Below the pieces are notes generated by a model that was given only the letters and a program-made list of their open reading frames with translations, ran no database searches and had not been told where the DNA came from. A stretch of DNA of 64,000 nucleotides from the human T2T-CHM13v2.0 reference genome, Homo sapiens. A program made the position numbers and the translations under genes. Within the stretch, counting starts at the first letter, position 1, and every line of letters begins with the position of its first letter. The stretch lies in the NCBI RefSeq assembly GCF_009914755.1, contig NC_060947.1. One strand, 5' to 3'. Shown one piece after another: positions 13,931-26,933 of this stretch.

Positions 13931-16900
13931 AACTGACTTCATTTTGGAAATGGCTTCAAGGAAGGTGGCCCATAATATATTCCTATTGTTCATACAGGTA
14001 CCATCATTTATTTCATTTCTACCTACTCCTTATGATCAAAAATCAAGGCACAATGTCAAAATAATGACCTGGTTAATGAGATCTATATTTTCACAGCTTT
14101 TCAGATTCCTTTGCCATCTTTCTTGGGTTCAGCATTCTTAGAGCAGTGTTCAAAAGTCTCAGGTTGGTAATTCCAGTTCATCAGGGAAAGCTGACGTTAC
14201 ATCCACAGTCCAGTCCAAGAAAGATGCTAGAGTTGAAAGCTATTATAAGAGAGTCAGAAAATGTCAAGAGGAAAAGATCAATGTGCTTAAGTACAACATT
14301 AAGATACATTCTGCATGGTGTTTCCAAGCAGCTCTTGGAAGTAACAGATGGCTTCTGTAAGGGAATGATATAAGAAAAGTACCTAAGTCATTTTCACCTT
14401 TGGCATGCGGGGATTTTTGAGTCACTAAATATGAATTCTGTTACACTATGACAGATTATAATCTCTAACATCAAGCATGATGCTAGAAGGGAATTTGAAA
14501 GAAGGTCCTCCATTTCAACTCTTCTATTTTTAAATCCTAACTGTACCTTTTACGACAGGATTTCAAAGGAACTTCTTAATTCAACCTGGTCTGTTATACA
14601 AGGCGCATTGAGAGAGTCATCCCCCGGTTCTGTGGGGCAATGTAGAAAAGGGGTAGATCCTGAAATAACAGTGCTCGTTTGTTGGGTGTTTTATGCTCAG
14701 ATTACACACAACACTACCCTGACAACTCATTCACCTCAGCCTTCTCCGTCTTGCATTATGTTTATAATATCTTTAGTTAGGCAAGCGTGGTAAATAGCCT
14801 AAATTTCTAAAGTCTCTGTAGGTGAAGATGAAAAAATTGGTAACTGGTTATAAAGTAGATTGCAAATATAATCAAGTACAAAATCATTACATCAAGTCCT
14901 TATGCTTTTAGCATTCAAATATAAGTGAACTAGCCATCATTTTTGAAGTTAATTCCAATAAACATTTTATGAATTTTAAAAATGGTAGAAAAACGGGTAC
15001 AATGATGGAGATAATTTGTCTCATGCATTTTCCACAAGAGAAATTTTTTGTAAGTTAATTTTTAAATGCTTTGTGAAAGGGCATAAAATTTTGAATTAGA
15101 AGTCTTGTGTTTGTATTCTGGGTCTACCATTTAACTCTCATTCACAGAAAGTTCATTTTCATGTAGGACCTTCAGCTAAATCATCTGTAAAGAGGAACTG
15201 CTAATATAAACCCTTCTGTTGAGCCTTGCAGATAGCTAATGTGTGTGAAAGAATGTAGTCAGCTGCAGAGCTCAGTGCAAATTTACAGATGTCATAAAAG
15301 TATATAGTCATTGCCTTAAATAGCAATATATATACATTTTTCTTTTAAAACTTTATTCATGAGAAATTAAGTACTCCATGAGTAGTAATTCTAACTCCTT
15401 GAATAGTAAAACTGAATGCACTTTTCCTGTAATACGCCGTTTGATATCAAGACAATAATGTTTAAGACTTTCCTAGGTTTAATGGATAGTGGAGATTAGA
15501 GCTCTTTTTAAAAATGATCAAATTTGTCCTAGAATAGAAAGACACTGCAGTCAAATCACTATTCAGTTTGCTTGTCTTATTCCAACTTTCTAAGCTATTT
15601 CCTAGAGAATCATTGAATATTTGCCACCTCTTTTGAAATTCACAAATGATATTTAGGAAAGAATTTTCATTTTAGAAAGATAAATGGTAAGCAGCATTGA
15701 ATGAGTACATCTGGTGTGCAGAATATCTAGATAATGCTATATGACAGGAGGTCTGATGTGGCTGAAAATGAGAATAATAGAGAATTTTCAACACTAGATA
15801 ATGCGTTGACCTCCCCACCCACCTTCAATTAATTTGAATCAGCTGATTTATCTAAGGACCTAGGGACACTGGGGGCAGGACAGGAAGCCTCAGTTAGGGC
15901 CAACAATTGCAATACATAGACACGTGTGTGGTGGCTTTCAGGGCAGGAGTCAAGGAGGGAGAAGATACCTTCAAGAGCCAAATCCCCACAGTGGGAGGTG
16001 TATCCCCTGAAGACACACTCATCCTACAAGAAGGAAGAACTCAGCAACACTGTAGGAGTTTTTTAAGGGAAACACAGGTTTACCCACTATCCTGGCTTTT
16101 AGAAGAACTCAGGGAGTAAGAGATAAAACAGCTATTTCTGGTGCTAACAGCCAGTAGGAAGCAATTGTTCCTTCTCTCCTAGGTGATAGCCAGTCTGCCT
16201 GTGGTGTGTAGAATTGTGGTTGATTCTCTTACGCCATGAAAGATGAGGACGTCTCTGGGCCGCTGCAGTTGCTACAGCCTTTCCCAGGCATTTCCTGTTC
16301 TACAAAATTGTAATTTTCCTGACTTTGAAAGCGGTTTGGAGTTAAGATTTCTTGATATACAGTGGAAATCGTGCTGGATGATAAAAATCCCTCTTCTGGA
16401 GGAAGAGTCAGATATTAGAAGACCCAGGGAAAAATGACCAGGATCATTTAGCATTGCTTGAATCATTTCCACTGCTTTCTGTATTGAAGGAAAGATTGGG
16501 GGATAGAGGAGATAGGAATCATGGCATTGCTTCTCTTTGCCTTTCCTTTGGTCAGCCCCTATTCCTTGATTCTGTCTCATGTTCCCATTTTAAAGGTAAG
16601 CAATATTGGTTGCCTGAGGATAGTTTGTCCTATCACAAACCTTAGATAATTAATAATACATATGCAGAGAGAATCCATTGCATGAAAGGTGAGACTCCAG
16701 ATTCCTGGGAAGCCATAAATCAATGAGTAAATGTGGCATCTTTTACCAAAAAGCTCAAAGGAAAAACAGAGAAATCTTACTGGGATGAGAATGTTCTTCT
16801 GAATGAATTTAATATTCTCAAAGGATTTTCTTGGAAGGATGGCTAGGGAAAGCATGCCGCATTGCTGGCACATGCTCAGAGGCATGGAAGAGATTTAAGA

Positions 16901-17709
16901 ATCCTAGGAGAAGACAGGACTGGATTACTGTAACATAATACTCATTCTGCAGGCCAGGAGCTCATGCACATGCATCACGTGAAAAATAAAGACTGTCTCA
17001 AACACAAGATAAAACGTTGCCGAGCATCCTGGGCCATCTTAGAATTTGCATGCCCTGGGAATGATTCCCTCCAGTTTCCATCCAGTGCTGCGATTCTCTG
17101 CTTGAACCTAGCTTCGGCAGAACTTTTTCTTACGCCCAGGGTGTCAGAATTAAGCTCAGGGCTGTGATGTTTGTCTTCCAGGAAGTCACTGGCACATGCC
17201 CACTCTTGATTTGTTTTCAGATTTGTCACTCGGCTGACTTGCAAGCCTGTCCATCAGCCAGAAATCAGGAAGCCTACAAGTCACAACTGGATCCATTGGT
17301 GAAACAAAGCTCAGCTGCCAGTCTCAGCAGAGAAAGCATGTTCTGCTCAGGAGTCACATTTAATTATGCAGAATTTATGCGTTTTATTTTTTTGTAACTC
17401 TTGAGTGTTAAACCATAAATGTGAGCTAATGAAAGATAATATATGTGAAATACCTAGCAGGGTTAGGCAGAGAGGAGACACAAAATGAAATCCGTCTTGT
17501 TCGTTCCTCTTGTACTTCTCTCTCCCTTACTTTACAAGTAGAGTAATAACTTGTTAGAGGTGGTTAATTAATATAAACTTCCAAAAAAAGTATCAACACA
17601 AAATGGTGCACATATATTTGTGAACGAAGATAGATAGGAGGATACGATTAGAAAAATGTAATCTACTGTCCTCAAAAAAGCCAAGATGAATGTCCATTGG
17701 TACATTTTC

Positions 17710-20227
<2,518 letters not shown>

Positions 20228-20604
20228 TAGGTTAAGCTATACAAAATAACAAGAGCCTTCTAATTATAAGAATGTAACATGTTTTATAGAAGTATAACTC
20301 ACTGCCCCCACTAATGCTATAGCAAAATCTAACAACTAATCTCGTTTCAAATATAATTTTAGAAATAGCATCTGAAGTGCATGCAGAACAAGTAAGGAAA
20401 CTAAGATGATGCGTTGAACATCTAAACAGCTCCACAGCCAGTCGGTAGGTTTTGGAATTCAACTCTGACAACTGCACCAATCCTTTAATCTTCTTCCCAT
20501 TGTAGATTTTCCATGATCTTATTCAGAATGTAGAAACTGTGCTCCCATTGTTAGTATAGAGGAAGAAATAGATAAATAAACATTATAAGCTAAAAATTCA
20601 CACA

Positions 20605-21892
20605 GTAAACAGAAGACCAACAGAATGGGAGAAAATAGCTGCAAGCTATACCTCTGATAAGGAACTTGTATTAGTCCATTTTCATACTGCTGATAAAGAC
20701 ATACCCAAGACTGGGCAGTTTACAAAATGGCTGGGGAGGCCTCACAATCATGGCAGAAGGTGAAAGGCACATCTCACATGGCTGCAGACAAGAGAAGAGA
20801 GCTTGTGTAGGGAAACTCCCCTTTTTAAAACCACCAGATCTCATGAGACTTATTCACTATCACGAGAACAGCATGGGAAAGACCTGCCCCCGTGATTCAG
20901 TTACCTCCCACTGGGTTCTACCCACAACATGTTGGAATTCAAGATGAGATTTGGGTGGGGACACAGCCAAACCATATTAGAACTAATACCTAGAGTTTAT
21001 AGGGAACTCAAATCCGCAAGCAAAAAAGCAAATAATCCCATTAAATTGGACAAACTACATGAACAGACATTTCTCAAAAGAAGATATACAAATGGCCAAG
21101 AAACATAGGAAAAAATGCTCAACATCACTAATCACCAAGGAAATGAAAATTAAAACTACAATGACATACCACCTTACCCCAGCCAGAATGGCCGTTATTA
21201 AAAAATCAAAAAACAATAGCTGTTGGCATGAATGTGGTGGAAATGAAACACTTATATGCTGGTGGTAGCAGTGTAAATCAGTATAGCCTCTATGGAAAAC
21301 AATATAGAGATTTCTCAGAGAATTAAATGTAGATCTACTATTTGATCCAGTGATCCCACTACTAGGTATCTATACAAAGGAAAAGAGGTCGTTATATAAT
21401 AAAGAACCCACATACATATGTTTATCGTAGCACAGTGCACAATTATAAAGATATGTAATCAACCTAAGTGCCCACCAACTGATGTGTGGCTAAAGAAAGT
21501 GTGTTTTATACACATACACACACACACACCATGGAATACTACTCAGCCATGAAAAAAGAATGAAATAATACCCTTTGCAGCAACTTGGATGGAATTGCAA
21601 GCTATTATCCTAAGTGAAGTAACTCGGGAATGGAAAAGCAAATACCACATGTTCTCACTTACAAGTGGGGGCTAAGCTGTGACTATGCAAAAACATACAG
21701 AGTAGTACAATAGACATTGGAGACTCAGAAGAGGAGAGAATGGTAGGAGGTAATGAAAAATTACCTGTTAGGTACAATGTATGCTATTTGGGTGATGGAT
21801 GCACTAAAAGCCTGGACCTCACCACTGTACAATTCATTCATGTAACCAGAAACCACTTGTACCCCCAAAGCTATTGAAATGAAAATAAATAA
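20605..21892 (+). mobile_element. L1PB-like 3' fragment interrupted by THE1
   Basis: ORF2 C-terminal remnant ([12 protein letters not shown]…HLTPARMA), L1 3' UTR, A-rich end. Confidence 0.88.
20667..20979 (-). mobile_element. THE1B-like solo LTR with an internal deletion
   Basis: TGTATTAGTCC…CAAACCATATTA; 5-bp TSD GAACT at 20662-20666 and 20980-20984. Confidence 0.92.
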
Positions 21893-22976
21893 TGGAAGCA
21901 AAATACAGCATGCGGCATAAATGCACAGAGCATGTATGTGATGCATTTATATGATTTTAGCCATATTTGTATTTATATGAACTTTTCAATTGATGGTTTG
22001 GCATATGAGATTAGGAGGCCTTTAAGGAGAATATACCTGGATTTTGGAGACGTGAGTTCTGTACTTCCTGTGTACTATGAAATTTCTGGACTCAAACCTT
22101 TTTTGATTTTGCAGTACACAGCAAAATAGAACTGTCTTTTCTGGGCACATGACAGAAATTAAAAGGAGAAGGGGCTAAGTTCAAAGGAATATAATTAATG
22201 TCCTAAAGGGGTTAAAAGCGTAAACTTAATCATTGCATCATCAGGTGACCTGTCAGCATGAGAACATTGCTTAATCTTGTACAAGTTACCTTCAGGAGAA
22301 AGTTGGTAATTCTTCCATGATTAGAATTACTTGTCAGGTTCACTTTAAAAATACGTAAATCTGAGTTTTTCCCGGTGACAACCAGCCCAATCAAAGAAAG
22401 CATGTGTTAAATAGAATGAAATTGCATTGTAAGTCAATAAGCCCAAATTAGAATAGCACTGTACAACTTCTCTCGGTGTTGCGATCCTAAAGATTTGTTA
22501 TACAAGTGAAGTTAGGGACAGATCGAAAGACAGAGATCGCACATGTTAAAGAATGGTTGTGATGGAGGTTACTAAAGAGCTAGCTATACTGATAAAATGC
22601 ATCAGATTGTTTAAACCTAAAATATATGGAAATAAAAATGTTGGAAACAAACATCTCAGTGAAGCTTTCTTCAATGGTTTTGTGTGACTCCATTTAAACA
22701 GAGATTACTAAAACCACTATAAACTAGAAAGTACAGAATCTCTAGGTAAAAGCTGAAGAAAGCACTGAAAGGGCATAATTCACATAAATCATGATCTAGG
22801 ACCATCACTTAAAGAATGTAACAGCATTTTCTTATCACAGGGATTCTTGCCCATTGATGAACACTGAAGCTTTCTGAAGTTGTAACTGTTCTTTCCATTC
22901 TTTCTACCCTTTTATCTTGGAATGCAGCCAAGGATACTTGGCATAATGTGTTGCACAGTGACCATTCCACAAATTG

Positions 22977-23095
22977 TGAAACTGACTTTACAAAAATTAT
23001 ATCAATGAGAAAATTATGACAGTGAAAGAGATCTGAGCTCATCCACTCCCCATCTTACCTTTCCCTTAATTATTCCTGCATTATTGGACCTAGCT
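22977..23095 (+). mobile_element. LTR8-family (ERV1) 5' fragment
   Basis: TGAAACTGACTTTACAAAAATTAT…ATTATGACAGTGAAAGAGATCT; homologous to the copies at 23092-23491 and 23983. Confidence 0.8.
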
Positions 23096-23491
23096 GATCC
23101 ATCAAGGGCAGGGTCTGCAAAATATCTCAAGAATTGATCTTAGGTTTTACAATAGTGGTGTTATCTCCAGGAGCAATTTGGGGAGGTTCAGACACTTGAA
23201 GCAAGAGGTTGCATGACTCCTAAACAGTAATTTATAATCTTAAAGCTACTTTGTTAGTCCTACAAAGGCAGACTGGTCCCCAGACAAGAAGGGGTCTATT
23301 TGGGTAAGGGCCATTATCAATTTTGTTTCAGAGTTAAATGAGAAACTAAATTTCTTCCCAAGGTTAGTTCGGCCTATGTCCAGGAATGAACAAGGACAGC
23401 TTAAAGGTTAGAAGCAGGATGGGGCCAGTTAGGTCTGATTTCTTTCACTGTCATAATTTCCTCAGTTATAATTTTTGCAAAAGCAGTTTCA
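23092..23491 (-). mobile_element. LTR8-family 5' half
   Basis: Reverse complement starts TGAAACTGCTTTTGCAAAAATTATAACTGAGGAAATTATGACAGTG. Confidence 0.85.
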
Positions 23492-23982
23492 AATCCACAC
23501 TTACTTTTATCAGGGAATTTTGTGAAGTCTTGTTCTATGATTTCAAAATACTGTGTTAGCTTTCGACAGCTTGGGAACATACCCATTCTATAAATTATGG
23601 CAAACTGTACTTGCTACGGTTTTATATTTTATTATATCACATGATTATCATGACAGTTTGTGGACTTATTTTCCTTTCTTTTGAGATTTCTTGTTAGGAC
23701 TTGGGTCTTTTGGAATGTCAATTTCAATGATATTTATTGACTGCTTACTAAGCAGGTATTATGTAGAGCAACTAAAATAAGCAAGCATCTAACTTGGAAA
23801 GAGCAAAATATAAACCAAATGAAGAAAATGCAATAGGAAAAGGGTGTAAAAATGCACTAAATCTTTTCCTGAACTCTACATTCATTGTCCTTATTTTTCT
23901 TTTTCACTGTTTGTATAATACAGGGTATAATTAATTGGAATTTTTGTTTTGTTTTGTTTTGTCCCCATTCCAATTCTGCCCC

Positions 23983-24703
23983 TGAAACCACCTTTGCAAA
24001 ATTATCACTGAGACAGTGAAAGAGATCTAACTTAATCGACTCCATCTTGCTTCCAAACTCCAAGCTGTCCTTGTTCATTCCTGGGCTCAGGGTGAACCAA
24101 CTTTGGGAGAAACTCAGTTTATAGTTTAAACTAAGGATGATAACAACCCTTTCCCAAAGGAGGTCTCCTTCTTGCCTGGGGTCTAGATTGCCTTTGTAGG
24201 ACTAACATTAGCCACAAGATTAGAAATTGTTTCTTAGGAGTCATGCAGCTGGAGGCTACAAGATTCTGAGCCTCCCTAAACTGCTCCTAAGATCAGTGCC
24301 TGAGATATTTTGCAGACCCTGCATGTGACAGATCAGCTGGCACCTCCCAGATCAGTAAACTGGGTCATCTGATCCTGTGCCCCTGACCCAGTAACTGACT
24401 CAGTACAAGAGGACGGCTTCAACTCCCTATGATGTCATCCCTCACCAATTAGAGCTCCTGGCTCACTGGCTTCACCCCACCCACCAAGTTCTCCTTAAAG
24501 ACTCTGCTCCTGGAGTAATAATAAAACTCTGATCTCCTGCACAGCTGGCTCTGTGTGAATTTCTCTTTCTCTATTGCAGTTCCCATCTTGAGAGATCGAC
24601 TTTGTCTGGGTAGCAGGCAAGGTGAACCTATTGGGAGATTACAAATTTGGGTGCTCATCTGAGATTGCCCTTATGGCTACTTCTGCCCATGGTTTGATAC
24701 CAG
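23983..24703 (+). mobile_element. LTR8 5' LTR (23983-24643) with tRNA-Pro PBS and a short leader
   Basis: TGAAACCACCTTTGCAAAA…GAGATTACA, then TGGGTGCTCATCTGAGAT (24648-24665), a decayed match to PBS-Pro TGGGGGCTCGTCCGGGAT. Confidence 0.85.
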
Positions 24704-25294
24704 CCTTGGTAAGGTTTCCCTTTTAATGAAAAGAAGCCCCCAAATAATTTCTTTTCTAACAGAGAGCAGCCTGTAAAATTGAGCTGCAGACATAGATAAC
24801 CAAGCTGGAAGCTTACACGGGTGAATGCCGGCAGCTGTGCTAATAGGAAAAGGCTACCTGGAAGCTAGGCATGTCCAACATGGTGGCTCCATCTTCCCCT
24901 TTCCTTGCCAACCACATGTGCAGTAGGGAGCAGACAACATGGCACTCACTAGCCCACTAGAAAACCCATTTGCATAATAAAAAGATTAGCATGGGGCAGC
25001 CAGGTTCTTTGCGTGCTATATAAACATCACACCTGGTCCAACCAATCTTTGAGTCCTATGTAAGTTAGACACCGCCTCCTCAAGTCAGTCGTAAAACCCC
25101 ATGCACTTCACCACAAAATCGAAGACCCACTTGGGTAGCACCCCTCTCTCTCTGCAGGAAAGAGAGTTATTCTGTTTTTCTTTCGCCTATTAAACCTCCA
25201 CTCTTAAACTTACTCCTCGGGTTGTCCATGTCCTTTATTTCCCTGGCATGAGGCAATGAACCTCTGGTATTACCCAGTGAAGGATGCCATTTCA
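24704..25294 (+). mobile_element. LTR9-family (HUERS-P3) LTR lacking its first ~50 bp
   Basis: GGTAAGG…TTTAATGAAAAG…GAGCTGCAGACATAGA…GGGTGAATGCCGGCAG; ATTAAA signal; ends GCCATTTCA. Confidence 0.75.
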
Positions 25295-25705
25295 GTATCA
25301 CAGAGAAGTTTATCCCTTCAATGGAAACTGTGTTATGTGGACTATTAGCAATAATAAATGGGTTACTACCTGGTGAAAAAATATGTTATTTTATAATATC
25401 AGACTGCCAGTTTTTTTCTGTCTTTGCTCCATCTTGACCTTAAGATGTTCATCAACTCATTTTTTTCAAGCAAAGTACATGACTGATGGAACTGCCATAA
25501 TAATAATATTTCACTGAAATCTGGCATTACAAAATTTAAGTGGGTATTTGGAGGTCCATGCATTGATTACAGTTTTTAAATTTGAAATAAATAACCAGCA
25601 TCCTTTGAATATGAAAAGCTGTTTCCTTTTGACATTTAATTTACCCTGTTTAAAACGTGAGATGTAAAGCGGTGGTTAGTCAGTGAACTAGAATTTTTGT
25701 TGTAG

Positions 25706-25814
25706 AGTATCCAGGACTTGGAAGAGTATCATGAAAGAATTCTTTTTGGTTGGTGAAGAGTGTCAACTTGAAAAATAAATCGCTGTGTTCCAAAATAAAA
25801 TTGTGTCAGAGACT
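25706..25814 (+). pseudogene. SYCP3/FAM9-like penultimate exon (SYCP3 exon 8 homologue), disrupted
   Basis: Flanked by TTGTTGTAG and GTAAGT. Removing a 4-bp TGGT duplication leaves 105 nt, SIQDLEEYHERILFGEECQLEK*IAVFQNKIVSET, colinear with recalled SYCP3 [35 protein letters not shown]; phase 0 at both ends. Confidence 0.85.
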
Positions 25815-25922
25815 GTAAGTAGTGCGTATTTAATCTTAATAACTCAAGATTGATGTAATTACTGGAATATTTTATTTGAAGAAATGTGTATCACACTTAC
25901 TAAATTTCGTTTTTTAAAACAG

Positions 25923-26330
25923 CTGCAGCAAGAGTGGCAGTTATTCAGTTGTCTCTTTAACCTCTGTTATTCTGATGACTGAAGGAAAAACTTGAACCTA
26001 TGTTATGTGATATAAGCATAATTTGAGCTACACTGAACCACATGACAGTGCTTTGATAATCTTGTATAAATCAGTATATCTCTTCTCTCATTAGTCTGTT
26101 TGTTAAATGCCAGACCTTGTTTCTGTCATCTTTTGAATGAAACCAAGGTAGTTCTGTGAGAAAGCAGCAATTGCAGAATTATACACCTGGTGAATTAAAT
26201 TTTAACATTAAAGATAATTTAGTTTTAGATTTGGCCTCTGTGGATCTGTATCAGTTCCAAAAATGTAGAAAGCACGGGCATGGTAAAGTACATTTTTCTG
26301 TAATAAAAAAATACAAAACCTATTTTATCT
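25923..26330 (+). pseudogene. SYCP3/FAM9-like terminal exon (SYCP3 exon 9 homologue plus 3' UTR)
   Basis: 108-nt intron 25815-25922 with a TACTAA branch-like site and TTTTTTAAAACAG acceptor. With one 1-nt gap the exon reads LQQE(x)AVIQLSL*PLLF** against SYCP3 QQQEIASVRKSLQSMLF*. AATAAA at 26302; 3' end approximate. Confidence 0.8.
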
Positions 26331-26484
26331 GTGCATTCTTTTGTATTTATTCATTAGGTTAAAGAGGCAATTCCAAAGAAAGTATGACTTCAAAAAATTA
26401 TATATAATCTATGGCCTTAATAAAATTATTAAAAGCACCTTAACATCTGTGTTCTTGACAAAAAATAAACAATAAATGATTAAC

Positions 26485-26865
26485 TGTGATGGTTAATACT
26501 GAGTGTCAACTTGATTGGATTGAGGGATACAAAGTATTAGTCCTGTGTGTGTCTGTGTGGGTGTTGCCAAAAGAGATTAACATTTGAGTCAGTGGGCTGG
26601 GGAAGGCACATCCACTTTTAATCTGGTGGGCACAATCTAATCAGCTTCCATCGAATGTAAAGCAGGCAGAAAAATGTGAAAAGGCGAGACAGGCCTGGCC
26701 TCCCAGCCTACATCTTTCTCCTGTGCTGGATGCTTCCTGCCCTCGAACATTGGACTCCAAGTTTCTCAGTTTTGAGACTCGGACTGGCTCTCCTTGCTCC
26801 TCAGCTTGGAGACAGCCTATTATGGGACCTTGTGATTTTGTAAGTTAATGCTTAATAAAGTCCCC

Positions 26866-26904
<39 letters not shown>

Positions 26905-26933
26905 ATATATATTCACACACACACACATATATG
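26485..26933 (+). mobile_element. MLT2A1-type 5' LTR (3' end lost)
   Basis: TGTGATGGTTAATACTGAGTGTC start; ends in a (TG)n/(CA)n microsatellite that runs directly into gag. Confidence 0.9.
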
